64,000 nt of DNA from Christensenellaceae bacterium (GTDB taxonomy: Bacteria; Bacillota; Clostridia; Christensenellales; Borkfalkiaceae): NCBI GenBank assembly GCA_045542235.1, contig JAZQKQ010000035.1, positions 1,669 through 65,668 of the forward strand, in the 5' to 3' direction. Shown piece by piece: positions 1-9,646 of the stretch. Numbering within the stretch: the first letter of the stretch is position 1; every line of letters begins with the position of its first letter. The notes beneath the pieces are model-generated. The model had not been told where the DNA came from. It ran no database searches and saw only the letters and a program-made list of their open reading frames with translations. The position numbers were made by a program, and so were the translations under genes.

Positions 1-87
1 CATTTTTTTCCCTTCATTTCAATAGGTTTTTAAAAATTTCCAAAAATTTTTTTATCGTTTTTAAAATAATAGGCATAAAATCGCCAA

Positions 88-104
88 TAATCGACTTATA
101 GCCC
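88..104 (-). repeat. intergenic ATAAGTCGATTA-motif copy 1 (minus orientation)
   Basis: Plus strand reads taatcgacttatagccc. The reverse complement is gggctATAAGTCGATTA. Confidence 0.8.
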
Positions 105-128
105 AACTTTTTCCTTTTTTTAAAACTG

Positions 129-157
129 TTGACAACAGCTTAAAATAGTGTTATATT
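129..157 (+). promoter_or_regulatory. sigma-70-type promoter for the lyase gene
   Basis: TTGACA at 129-134, 17-nt spacer, TG-extended TATATT at 152-157. It lies about 30 nt upstream of the ATG at 188. Confidence 0.6.
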
Positions 158-187
158 GTTTATATAATAATTTTGCGAGAGAATAAA

Positions 188-1939
188 ATGAAAAAGTTTT
201 TTTTAATTTTTTTAATATTTTGTTTAGTTTTTGTTGCAGGTTGCGGAAATTCCAACCAAGAAAACAGCAGTTCTAACACCGCTCAAACGGGAAAAAATGA
301 AATTGAAGTTTTGCAAGTCGTTGGCAAAAACAACGCCATTTCTCTTTCCATTAAGGAAGAAGAAAACGTTAAATATAAATTCCTTTACTACGTCGATTCC
401 AACCCACTTTTAGTTGATAAAGAACTAACTAAAAGTGAAAACGGAATTTTAACTTGTAAAATTTTAGGTTTAAAAGCGGGAAAAAACAAGGTGGAAATTA
501 TAGCCGAAAAAAATGGCGAAACCACCAAAAAAATTATCGATGACGTTGAAGTTAATCAAACGGATATTTCAGGCTACGCCCACTTTAACAACCCAAACGG
601 CATTGGCGCTTATAACGACGACGGCACCTTAAAATCGAATGCTAAAATAATTTATCTTTCAAACGAAAACAAAAACACCGTTACCGAAAAAATTGGCAAC
701 ACCTATCCCCTTGGCATAGTTCAAATTTTACAAAACCTAAGTTTCTCAACCACACCCGTTGTCATTAGGGTTTTAGACAATATTTTAACAAACCAATGGA
801 AATATAAATCGGCTCCGCCACGACTTATTGACGACAGCAATTTAACCGCCGATTTTTTTGAAAACACCTTTGAAACCACCTACGGTGAAAACGTTGTTGG
901 GCTAACTAATAACGTAAAAAACGCTCGTGACGGCGTTATTTATAAATACGTGACAACCAAAACCGGCGTTAAGCTTTCATCGACCGGAACGACAAAAACT
1001 GCAACCATTAAATATTCTCGTAACGACTATCCGGAAATTAAAGGTAAAACCGTTTATTCCGATGACAGTAGCTATAATATGGTTCAAGTTAAAAACGCCA
1101 AAAACGTGACTATTGAAGGGGTTTTTGAAGGCGCAGGACTTTTTCAATGGGGAATTAATTTTAGCAAATGCAACGGCATTGAAGTTAGAAATTTAGTTTT
1201 CGACAGCTACACCGAAGACGCCCTTAGTTTTAACGGTGAATCGGGAAGCTCCGCAAGTGCAAGTTCTTTATTAGACTATCCTTACAAAGGCTTTTTCGTT
1301 CACCACAACACCTTTAAACGTGGAAAAAACAATTGGGATATAACAGGCGAGCGGGATAAATACGCAGGCGATGGAACAATCGATTTAAACGAATCGGCAA
1401 ACGTGACCATTGCCTACAATCAAATTATCAACGGCAAAAAAACCATTTTAATTTCTTCAAGTGACGAAAACAAAACCAACAACGTCACAATGCACCACAA
1501 CTATTTTTATAAGTGTGAAAGTCGCCTACCGTTTTCTCGCCACACCAACATTCACACCTACAACAACTACTATAACGAATGTAGCAGTTGCGTTCAAATT
1601 CAAGCCAACGGCTACCTATTTAGCGAAAACAATTTTTACAATAATTGCAAAAAAACATTGGTTGTAAAAACGGCAATAACTAACGATAAGTCCGCCGTTA
1701 AGTCGTTTAACGACGTTTTTTCTAATTGTCAAGCCATTGGCGGAACAATAGTTTTAAACCGAGAAGACTACGTTGAAAATAGCTGTGATACACGGCAAAA
1801 TTTCGACTATTCCACCTTCGACGTTAACCCTGAACTCTTTTATTACGACCAAGCAAACAAATGCTCAAAAGTTAGCATTATGCACAACGCAAACGAACTT
1901 CCTTTAATTATACAGTCAATTTCCGGCGCTAAAAATTAA
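188..1939 (+). CDS. secreted lipoprotein, pectate lyase (PL1)-like right-handed beta-helix
   Basis: Lipobox LVFVAGC follows a hydrophobic N-terminus. DGTIDLNESANVTIAYN and SRLPFSRHTNIHTYNNYY resemble the PL1 catalytic R-x-P-x-x-R...NNYY region. Start trimmed to ATG 188 (MKKFF). Confidence 0.6.
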   Translation: MKKFFLIFLIFCLVFVAGCGNSNQENSSSNTAQTGKNEIEVLQVVGKNNAISLSIKEEENVKYKFLYYVDSNPLLVDKELTKSENGILTCKILGLKAGKNKVEIIAEKNGETTKKIIDDVEVNQTDISGYAHFNNPNGIGAYNDDGTLKSNAKIIYLSNENKNTVTEKIGNTYPLGIVQILQNLSFSTTPVVIRVLDNILTNQWKYKSAPPRLIDDSNLTADFFENTFETTYGENVVGLTNNVKNARDGVIYKYVTTKTGVKLSSTGTTKTATIKYSRNDYPEIKGKTVYSDDSSYNMVQVKNAKNVTIEGVFEGAGLFQWGINFSKCNGIEVRNLVFDSYTEDALSFNGESGSSASASSLLDYPYKGFFVHHNTFKRGKNNWDITGERDKYAGDGTIDLNESANVTIAYNQIINGKKTILISSSDENKTNNVTMHHNYFYKCESRLPFSRHTNIHTYNNYYNECSSCVQIQANGYLFSENNFYNNCKKTLVVKTAITNDKSAVKSFNDVFSNCQAIGGTIVLNREDYVENSCDTRQNFDYSTFDVNPELFYYDQANKCSKVSIMHNANELPLIIQSISGAKN

Positions 1940-1947
1940 AGTTAAAC

Positions 1948-1991
1948 AAAAAAACCGCTTCGTTTTTCCTTTGAAAAACGGGGCGGTTTTT
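1948..1991. terminator. bidirectional rho-independent terminator between convergent genes
   Basis: Arm aaaaccgcttcgttttt pairs with aaaaacggggcggtttt (two G-T wobbles). A-run on the 5' side and T-run on the 3' side. Confidence 0.7.
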
Positions 1992-2013
1992 AAATTTTCT
2001 AAAACAAATTAAT

Positions 2014-2334
2014 TTAAATTAAAAATGGTAAAATCAGTTCAGTTAATAAAACGAATCCGCAAGAAAGAAGGGCAACCACTATTAAGGAGCGCTTGGAAAT
2101 TGAAGCGATTAACGCAACTACCGTTCCAACCAAAGCGGAAATGAAATTTTGGGTTGAATAGAAAATATATGGGAAAGTCATACTTGATAAAACGGCGTAA
2201 GGAAGATAATAAAACAAGCTTTGAAGGTAAACCGATTTTATTTTTTTGCGAAAAAACGCCATTGGAATAACTCTAATTAAATAGGTTATCAAGCACATTA
2301 CTAAAACGTAGAGAACCATTTTCGAGCTACTCAT
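2014..2334 (-). CDS. azlD: AzlD-like branched-chain amino acid transport protein
   Basis: A 106-aa protein that is all transmembrane segments. It overlaps the upstream AzlC-like gene, which is the classic azlCD pairing. Confidence 0.65.
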   Translation of the reverse strand: MSSSKMVLYVLVMCLITYLIRVIPMAFFRKKIKSVYLQSLFYYLPYAVLSSMTFPYIFYSTQNFISALVGTVVALIASISKRSLIVVALLSCGFVLLTELILPFLI

Positions 2335-3052
2335 TTTCTTCCACCCCCTTTTTTATTGGCTTTATAAAAGCCATAATAGCCGATGATAAAAGGGCGCAAA
2401 TTATAACGGCAAAACCTTGAGAAACGTTTGTTTTTAAAAGTGGAATAAAATAAAAACAACAGCTAAAAACCGCCGACAGTAAAACAAGGGATAAAACCGC
2501 TTTATCTTCACGAGCGGGCGGAATTATAATGGCAATAAACATTGCGTAAAGGGCAATGCCTAAAGCGTTTTGCACAACCATAGGCAAAACTGAACCTAAA
2601 ATTGACCCAAACAACGTTCCCCCACACCAACAAATATAAGGTAAAAGCATAAGCCCGTAAAAATAAACGTAATCCACCTTGCGATTTTTGGTTATAGAAA
2701 CGGCAAAAATTTCATCGGTTATGCCGTAGGAAGTCAATAACCTATGACCAAGTGGATAGTTTTCGCTTAGCTTTTGCGACAGGGTTATGCTCATTAAAAA
2801 ATAGCGTGCATTAATTATAAGTTGGGTTAAAACAATTTCAATAAGAGCGCCGTTTCTGCCAATAATTTCCAACCCCGCAAGTTGACCTGCGCTGGTTAAA
2901 TTGGTTGCGGAAATTAAAAGAGCAATTAAAATTGGCACGTCTAATAGGCTGGCTTTTACGCCAAAAGCAAAGGATACGGATAAATATCCCAAGCCAATGG
3001 GCAACCCGTCTTTAACGCCACGATTAAATTGTATAATCCTTTCCTTATTCAT
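2327..3052 (-). CDS. azlC: AzlC-family branched-chain amino acid permease
   Basis: A 241-aa polytopic membrane protein. The N-terminus GVKDGLPIGLGYLSVSFAFG is typical of AzlC. It is paired with azlD. Confidence 0.75.
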   Translation of the reverse strand: MNKERIIQFNRGVKDGLPIGLGYLSVSFAFGVKASLLDVPILIALLISATNLTSAGQLAGLEIIGRNGALIEIVLTQLIINARYFLMSITLSQKLSENYPLGHRLLTSYGITDEIFAVSITKNRKVDYVYFYGLMLLPYICWCGGTLFGSILGSVLPMVVQNALGIALYAMFIAIIIPPAREDKAVLSLVLLSAVFSCCFYFIPLLKTNVSQGFAVIICALLSSAIMAFIKPIKKGVEENE

Positions 3053-3106
3053 AACCTATAACCTTGCAAAACTTATGGCGTGCCGAAACACGCCATAAGT
3101 TTTATA

Positions 3107-6100
3107 TTACTTAAAATATTCTACTAATGATTCAAATAAGCCCATATCGAAATTGCCTTCAACGTTCTTGTAAAGTCCGCTTCCAACACGTTCGCTATGC
3201 CCCATTTTACCAAGCACACGACCATCAGGTGAACAAATACCTTCAATTGCTAAATAGGAGCCGTTAGGATTGTGCTGAATATCGAGGGTTGGATTGCCGT
3301 TAAAATCGGCGTATTGAGTGATAACTTGACCGTTGTTAATAAGCTCGGCTAAAAGTTTATCGTTTGCAATAAATCTACCTTCACCGTGAGAAATTGGAAC
3401 GGTAATAATATCGCCAACGTTAACCTTTTGAAGCCATGGCGACTTAACCGAAGCCACCCTTGTTCTAACAAGCTTTGATTGGTGGCGAGAAATAACGTTA
3501 AAGGATAGGGTTGCGCTGTCGCAATCGGTATCAACGATTTTTCCGTATGGCACTAAACCAAGTTTAATTAACGCTTGGAAGCCGTTGCAAATACCGAGCA
3601 TTAATCCGTCACGATTATCGAGAAGGTCGGTAACGGCTTCTTTAATTTTACTATTGCGGAAGAACGCCGTTATAAACTTACCCGAACCGTCAGGCTCGTC
3701 ACCGCCACTAAAACCACCTGGAATAAAGATTGCTTGGGCGCTATAAATTAAGTTAGCAAACTCGTCAACCGACCTTGAAATAGCTTCTGGGGTTAGGTTG
3801 TTAATAACGTAAACGATTGGTTCAGCCCCCGCCTTTTTAACAGCCTTTGCACTATCGAATTCGCAGTTAGTTCCTGGGAATACAGGAATTAAAACCTTAG
3901 GACAAGCACAGCGAACTCTTGGCTTTAATTGACTTCTATCAGTAAAACTAATTGGTTCAACTTTTTCCTTGCTACTTTCAATATTGCAAGGGTAAACCGA
4001 TTCGAGTTTTTCTTCAAAAATATCGTTTAATCGTGCTATATCCACACTTTCGGTTTTGTAAACAAGTTTTTCTTCACTGTCAACGTAACCGATTACTTGA
4101 CCTTCAACGTCGTTAGAAACTTCAACCACGAAAGCGCCGTAGTTATAGCTAAACAAATCGTTTAAGGTTAAATCGTCGTTAAACTTAAAACCAAAGCCGT
4201 TGCCAATTGCCATTTTATAAACGGCTTCAGCAACACCGCCGAAGGAAACGGCGTAGCAAGAGAGAACTTTGCCACTACGCATTAAAGAAGTAATTAAAGC
4301 GTAGTTTTTCTTTAAGCTTTCGCCCGTTGGCAAGTTGTTTTCATCAAGTTCAGGCTTAACTAAAATAACCTTTGAGCCTGCCTTTTTAAATTCGTTTGAA
4401 ATAATATTTTTAATTTTATCGGTAGTTACGGCAAAAGAAACGAGTGTTGGTGGAACGTCGATATTTTCAAAACTACCGCTCATTGAGTCCTTACCGCCAA
4501 TTGCGCCAACGCCCAATTCAAGTTGAGCCTTTAAAGCGCCTAATAATGCGGAAAGTGGCTTACCCCAACGCTTGCCGTCACGAAGTGGCTTTTCAAAATA
4601 TTCTTGGAAGGTTAAATAAACGTCTTCAAAGCTACCGCCAGTTGCAATAAGTTTTGAAACGGAATCGACAACGGCAATATAAGAACCGTGATAAGGGCTT
4701 TTTTCAGTGATATACGGATTATATCCCCAAGCCATTAAAGAACAATCTTCCGTGTCCTTTTCCGCTTGAGAAATTTTGTTAACCATTGCTTGAATTGGAG
4801 TGCGTTGATATTTACCGCCAAAAGGCATTAAAATCGTTCCTGCGCCAATGGTTGAGTCGAAACGTTCACCAAGACCACGCTTTGAACAAACGTTAAGGTC
4901 GCCAACCAATTCTTTAACGCCACAAGTAAAGCATTTTGGAAGCTCTTTATCGTAGCTTTGGCATTTAGCCATTTCAATATCAATGTGTTTTTCAGCGCCG
5001 TTAGAGTTAAGGAATTCACGAGAAATATCGCAAATAATTTTGCCGTTCCATTCCATAACGAGGCGTGGATTTTCAGTAACGGTTGCAACGATAGTAGCTT
5101 CGAGGTTTTCCCTTTCGGCAAGCTCTATAAATTTTTGAGCATCCTTCGCTTCAACAACAACCGCCATTCTTTCTTGGGATTCGGAAATTGCAAGTTCAGT
5201 TCCGTCTAACCCTTCATACTTTTTAGGAACGGCGTTAAGATTAATTTTTAAGCCGTCGGCAAGTTCCCCAATAGCAACGGAAACACCACCTGCGCCAAAG
5301 TCGTTGCAACGCTTAATAAGTTTAACGGCTTCGCCGTTTCTAAACAAACGTTGAAGTTTTCTTTCTTCAGGGGCGTTACCCTTTTGAACTTCTGCGCCAC
5401 AGGTTTCAATTGAACTTACCGAGTGAGATTTTGACGAACCGGTTGCGCCACCGCAACCGTCACGACCCGTTCTACCACCAAGTAAAATTACAACGTCGCC
5501 ATCGGTTGGACATTCACGGCGAACGAATTTTGCAGGTGTTGCACCAACGACTGCGCCAATTTCCATTCTCTTGGCAACGTAGCCAGGGTGATAAAGCTCG
5601 TCAACGATGCCCGTTGCAAGACCAATTTGGTTACCGTAAGAAGAATAGCCTGCGGCAGCCGTTTGAACGATTTTTCTTTGTGGAAGCTTACCTTTAATGG
5701 TTTCGCTAATTGGAGTTAAAGGATCACCCGCCCCCGTGACACGCATTGCCGAATAAACGTAGGCTCTGCCCGAAAGAGGGTCACGAATAGCACCGCCAAT
5801 ACAGGTTGCAGCGCCACCGAAAGGTTCAATTTCGGTTGGGTGGTTGTGGGTTTCGTTTTTGAAAAGAAGAAGCCATTCTTCATCCTTTCCGTCAACTACG
5901 ATGTTAATTTTAACCGTGCATGCGTTAATTTCATCAGATTCGTCAAGCTTGGTTAAAATTCCCTTTGCCTTTAAATATCTTGCGCCAATAGTGCCGATAT
6001 CCATAAGGTTCATAGGCTTAGTGCGGTTAAGTTCCTTTCTCGTTGCAACGTAGTCGTCGAAAGCCTTTTGTAAAAGAGGATCTTCCGTTTTAATTGAATC

Positions 6101-6778
6101 GATAGTGGTTAAGAAAGTTGTGTGACGGCAGTGGTCAGACCAATAGGTATCGATCATTCTAATTTCGGTCATGGTTGGGTTGCGGTTTTCCGACTTAAAG
6201 TAATTTTGACAAACTTTAACGTCGTCGGCATCCATAGCAAGACCTAAGTTTTTAATATAGTCTTTAAGTTCTTCATCGGTAGCTTGATTAAAGCCGTTTA
6301 AAATGGCAACTTCGCTTGGAATTTCATATTCCATTTTAAGAGTTTTAACCATTTCTAAACTTGCTTCACGGCTTTCTACCGGGTTAATAACGTATTTTTT
6401 AATTTTATCAAGGTCAACTTCACCTTCGATAACGTAAATTTTAGCCGTGCGAACAAGCGGTTTTTCAATTTGAGCAATAAGCTGAATACATTGAGCGGCG
6501 CTATCGGCACGTTGGTCGAACTGACCTGGCAAAAACTCAACGCCGAAAACGTTGGCGGTAGCGTTTAATTCAAAAAACGCATCGTCAACTTGAGGTTCTG
6601 AAAAAACGGTGTTAACGGCGTAATCGAAAAGTTCTTTTGAAACGTTTTCAATATCGTAGCGATTAATAACTCTAAGGCTTTTAATACCGCTAACGCCGGC
6701 TAATTCTAATTCCTTTTTTAACCCAACGGCCTCGTGGGCAAATTCCTTTTTCTTTTCAACGTAAACTCTATAAACCAT
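3107..6778 (-). CDS. purL: phosphoribosylformylglycinamidine synthase, fused large form
   Basis: 1223 aa with FGAM synthase AIR-synthase-like repeats and a C-terminal class I GATase (GICNGFQAL, HGEGRF). It sits in the pur operon. Confidence 0.95.
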   Translation of the reverse strand: MVYRVYVEKKKEFAHEAVGLKKELELAGVSGIKSLRVINRYDIENVSKELFDYAVNTVFSEPQVDDAFFELNATANVFGVEFLPGQFDQRADSAAQCIQLIAQIEKPLVRTAKIYVIEGEVDLDKIKKYVINPVESREASLEMVKTLKMEYEIPSEVAILNGFNQATDEELKDYIKNLGLAMDADDVKVCQNYFKSENRNPTMTEIRMIDTYWSDHCRHTTFLTTIDSIKTEDPLLQKAFDDYVATRKELNRTKPMNLMDIGTIGARYLKAKGILTKLDESDEINACTVKINIVVDGKDEEWLLLFKNETHNHPTEIEPFGGAATCIGGAIRDPLSGRAYVYSAMRVTGAGDPLTPISETIKGKLPQRKIVQTAAAGYSSYGNQIGLATGIVDELYHPGYVAKRMEIGAVVGATPAKFVRRECPTDGDVVILLGGRTGRDGCGGATGSSKSHSVSSIETCGAEVQKGNAPEERKLQRLFRNGEAVKLIKRCNDFGAGGVSVAIGELADGLKINLNAVPKKYEGLDGTELAISESQERMAVVVEAKDAQKFIELAERENLEATIVATVTENPRLVMEWNGKIICDISREFLNSNGAEKHIDIEMAKCQSYDKELPKCFTCGVKELVGDLNVCSKRGLGERFDSTIGAGTILMPFGGKYQRTPIQAMVNKISQAEKDTEDCSLMAWGYNPYITEKSPYHGSYIAVVDSVSKLIATGGSFEDVYLTFQEYFEKPLRDGKRWGKPLSALLGALKAQLELGVGAIGGKDSMSGSFENIDVPPTLVSFAVTTDKIKNIISNEFKKAGSKVILVKPELDENNLPTGESLKKNYALITSLMRSGKVLSCYAVSFGGVAEAVYKMAIGNGFGFKFNDDLTLNDLFSYNYGAFVVEVSNDVEGQVIGYVDSEEKLVYKTESVDIARLNDIFEEKLESVYPCNIESSKEKVEPISFTDRSQLKPRVRCACPKVLIPVFPGTNCEFDSAKAVKKAGAEPIVYVINNLTPEAISRSVDEFANLIYSAQAIFIPGGFSGGDEPDGSGKFITAFFRNSKIKEAVTDLLDNRDGLMLGICNGFQALIKLGLVPYGKIVDTDCDSATLSFNVISRHQSKLVRTRVASVKSPWLQKVNVGDIITVPISHGEGRFIANDKLLAELINNGQVITQYADFNGNPTLDIQHNPNGSYLAIEGICSPDGRVLGKMGHSERVGSGLYKNVEGNFDMGLFESLVEYFK

Positions 6779-6782
6779 AAGT

Positions 6783-8054
6783 CTATTCTCCCTTTCCGCA
6801 CTTTAACGCACGACTTCCAATATCCTTTCTATAAAAGGCGTTATCAAAATGAACTTTTTCAACGTTTTTATATGAATTTTCAATGGCTTTTTCCAAGTTT
6901 TCACCCGTTGAAACAACGCCTAAAACTCTACCGCCATTGGTTAATAGTTTTCCATTTTCAAGCTTTGCGCCCGCAACGAATAGCTGACCGTTAAAATTAG
7001 AATCAACGGTTATTTCATAACCCTTTTCATAGCTTTCAGGGTAACCCTTCGACGCCATTACAACGCAACAAGCGCTTCCATTATCAAACTCAACTTCAGT
7101 TTCGGCTAAGTTGCCAAAAGTGGTTGCTTGCATAACGGTTAAAAGATCGCTTTTTAAAAGCGGTAAAACAACTTGGGTTTCAGGATCGCCAAAACGACAG
7201 TTATATTCAATAACCTTAACCCCTTTCGGCGTTGCCATAAGCCCGAAATATAAACAGCCTTTAAAGGTTCTTCCTTCCTTTTCCATTGCCCTAACCGTTG
7301 GAAGGAAAATGTTTTCTATACATTCTTTTTCAATTTCCTTGGTGTAATAAGGGTTTGGAGCAATAGTTCCCATACCCCCCGTGTTTAAACCTTGGTCGTT
7401 GTCGAAAGCACGCTTGTGGTCCATTGACGAAACCATTGGCTTAACGGTTTTTCCATCGCAAAAAGCTAAAACGGAAATTTCCGGACCGGTTAAAAACTCT
7501 TCAATAACAACGCTTAAACCGCTTTTTCCAAACTTCCCGCCCTCAATCATTTCCTTAACGGCTTTCTTTGCTTCATCGTTGGTTTGGGCGATAATAACGC
7601 CTTTACCAAGGGCTAAACCGTCGGCTTTTACAACGATTGGCGCACCCACTTTATCGATATATTCACAGGCTTTGTCCACTTGGGTAAACACTTCGTAAGA
7701 AGCGGTTGGAATGTTATACTTTTTCATTAAATCTTTTGAAAAAGCCTTGCTACCTTCAATTATGGCAGCTTCCTTGGTCGGTCCAAAGCAAGGAATGCCC
7801 TTTTCGTTGAGCAAATTAACAAGCCCCAACACCAAAGGATCATCGGGAGCGACAACGGCATAGTCAATTTTGTTGTCAACGGCAAACTCAACTATTTTTT
7901 CAAGGTCGGTTGCCTTAATATCCACAAGGGTTGCATCATTTGCCATTCCGCCGTTGCCAGGCAAAGCAAAAATTTCGGTTACGTTTTTATTTTGTTTAAG
8001 TTTTTTAATGATGGCGTGTTCTCTTCCACCACCGCCAACTACCATAAGTTTCAT
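6783..8054 (-). CDS. purD: phosphoribosylamine-glycine ligase
   Basis: MKLMVVGGGGREHAI N-terminus, ATP-grasp core, and NCRFGDPE motif. Confidence 0.95.
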   Translation of the reverse strand: MKLMVVGGGGREHAIIKKLKQNKNVTEIFALPGNGGMANDATLVDIKATDLEKIVEFAVDNKIDYAVVAPDDPLVLGLVNLLNEKGIPCFGPTKEAAIIEGSKAFSKDLMKKYNIPTASYEVFTQVDKACEYIDKVGAPIVVKADGLALGKGVIIAQTNDEAKKAVKEMIEGGKFGKSGLSVVIEEFLTGPEISVLAFCDGKTVKPMVSSMDHKRAFDNDQGLNTGGMGTIAPNPYYTKEIEKECIENIFLPTVRAMEKEGRTFKGCLYFGLMATPKGVKVIEYNCRFGDPETQVVLPLLKSDLLTVMQATTFGNLAETEVEFDNGSACCVVMASKGYPESYEKGYEITVDSNFNGQLFVAGAKLENGKLLTNGGRVLGVVSTGENLEKAIENSYKNVEKVHFDNAFYRKDIGSRALKCGKGE

Positions 8055-8097
8055 AAACTTTTCCTTTTTTAGGCTTTAATTTTTTTGTTTTTTATGG

Positions 8098-8117
8098 GTT
8101 TAATCGCCTTATTTAGC
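8098..8117 (-). repeat. intergenic motif copy 8 (minus orientation, one core mismatch)
   Basis: Plus strand reads gtttaatcgccttatttagc. The reverse complement is gctaaATAAGgCGATTAAac. Confidence 0.6.
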
Positions 8118-8187
8118 GATTAATTAATTTTTTTTGTTCTTTTTTAAAATAAACGATTGCCTATCTCAATATAACAACCGCTCATTT

Positions 8188-8428
8188 CTTTCTCGGTTTT
8201 CGGCTTTTAGAAGCGAGTTAGGCAAGGCTCTCTTGGTGGAAGCGATTTGAATTGACCTTTTTGGTCATTCAAAGTGCGATAACCAAGGAGAAGGAATCAT
8301 TAAATAAACGAAATGCCTGCTCCTTTCTCGGTTTTCGGCTTTTAGAAGCAAGTTAGGCAAGGCTCCCTTGGTGGGAGCGATTTGAATTGACCTTTTCGGT
8401 CATTCAAAGTGCGACAACCAAGGAGAAA
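8188..8428. repeat. tandem duplication (period 135 bp) of a hairpin-rich element between purH' and purD
   Basis: Unit 1 is about 8188-8294 and unit 2 about 8323-8428, roughly 90% identical by eye. Each unit carries a long imperfect hairpin: ctcTCTTGGTgg..TTTGAATTGACC-ttttt-GGTCATTCAAA..ACCAAGGAGa. Confidence 0.85.
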
Positions 8429-8460
8429 CGAAGCATAACGAAGCTTATAAAAGGCGAAAA

Positions 8461-9645
8461 TTAGTGATGGAACAAACGCATACCGGTAAAACACATTACC
8501 ATGTTATATTTATCGGCGGTTTCGATAACGAGATCGTCACGAAGGGAACCACCGGGCTCGCAGATGAAGCTTACGCCACTTTTCTTAGCACGTTCAACGT
8601 TGTCGCTAAATGGGAAGAAAGCATCGCTGGCGAGAGTTACGCCGGAAATTTTTGAAAGATAGGCTTTCTTTTCTTCACGGGTAAATTCTTCAGGCTTTTC
8701 GCTGAAATATTTTTGCCAATTTCCATCGGCTAAAACGTCTTCGCACTCGTCGGAAAGATAAATGTCGATAACGTTATTTCTATCAGGTCTACCAATGGTT
8801 GGAAGGAATTTTAAACCTAAAACCTTATCGCTCATTCTCAAATGCCAAAGGTCGGCTTTTTGACCTGCAAGACGGGTGCAGTGAATACGAGATTGTTGAC
8901 CTGCCCCAACGCCGATTGCTTGACCATCGGTGGCAAAGCAAACTGAATTAGATTGGGTATATTTTAAAGTGATTAAAGCAATAATCATATCGATAATCGT
9001 GCTATCGGTTAGGTTTTTGTTTTTAGTCACAACGTTTTGCAAAAGTTCTTTGTTAATTTTAAAGTTGTTTCTACCCTGTTCAAAGGTCACGCCGAAAACT
9101 TGTTTGGTTTCTTGAATTTCAGGAACGTAGTTAGGGTCGATTTTAATAATATTGTAGCTTCCCTTTCTTTTAGCCTTTAAAATTTCAAGAGCCTTTGGAG
9201 AATAACTTGGAGCAATAATGCCGTCGCTAACCTCCCTTGAAATTATTTTTGCCGTAATTTCATCGCACTCGTCGGAAAGAGCAATCCAGTCGCCGAAAGA
9301 GCTCATTCTATCCGTTCCACGGGCACGAGCGTAAGCGCAAGCGATTAAAGAACTATCTAACCCTTCGATATCGTCAACGAAACAGCTCTTTTTAAGTTTT
9401 TCGCTTAAAACCTTACCTACGGCAGCGGAAGTTGGGCTAACGTGCTTGAAAGAAGTTGCGGCGCACATTCCCGTTGCTTCCTTAATTTCCTTAACTAATT
9501 GCCAAGAGTTAAAAGCATCTAAAAAGTTAATATAACCAGGTCTTCCGTTTAAAATTTCAATTGGAAGCTCCCCACCGTTTTTCATATAAATTTTAGCGGG
9601 CTTTTGGTTTGGATTACAGCCGTATTTTAATTCAAATTCTTTCAT
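8461..9645 (-). CDS. purH: AICAR formyltransferase-only PurH (no MGS/IMP cyclohydrolase domain)
   Basis: The protein starts MKEFELKYGCNPNQ, which is the AICARFT domain signature. Start trimmed to ATG 9645, 1 nt after the upstream stop. It has pur operon context. Confidence 0.85.
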   Translation of the reverse strand: MKEFELKYGCNPNQKPAKIYMKNGGELPIEILNGRPGYINFLDAFNSWQLVKEIKEATGMCAATSFKHVSPTSAAVGKVLSEKLKKSCFVDDIEGLDSSLIACAYARARGTDRMSSFGDWIALSDECDEITAKIISREVSDGIIAPSYSPKALEILKAKRKGSYNIIKIDPNYVPEIQETKQVFGVTFEQGRNNFKINKELLQNVVTKNKNLTDSTIIDMIIALITLKYTQSNSVCFATDGQAIGVGAGQQSRIHCTRLAGQKADLWHLRMSDKVLGLKFLPTIGRPDRNNVIDIYLSDECEDVLADGNWQKYFSEKPEEFTREEKKAYLSKISGVTLASDAFFPFSDNVERAKKSGVSFICEPGGSLRDDLVIETADKYNMVMCFTGMRLFHH

Positions 9646-9646
9646 T

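Noticed and set aside
1-20. Start codon (cat at 1-3, with AAGGGA 7 nt upstream on the minus strand) of a divergent gene lying off the left edge.
   Set aside because: Only the putative ATG and SD are inside the window, so the call cannot be supported.
3349-6053. Many 60-100-aa ORFs nested in or antisense to purL. Similar ORFs occur inside purD, purH', purM, guaB, cas9, the SNF2 gene, the EF-G gene and others.
   Set aside because: They overlap long, motif-supported genes, have no SD or promoter, and have low-complexity composition. They are typical shadow ORFs.
8188-8428. Tandem glycine or ZTP riboswitch as an explanation for the two pur-operon repeat units.
   Set aside because: Neither strand shows the ZTP 3' CCGCCTGGGC-type element or the glycine GGAGAG...CACCGAAGGGGCAA cores. 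The resemblance is limited to short GC-rich words. An Rfam scan is still needed.
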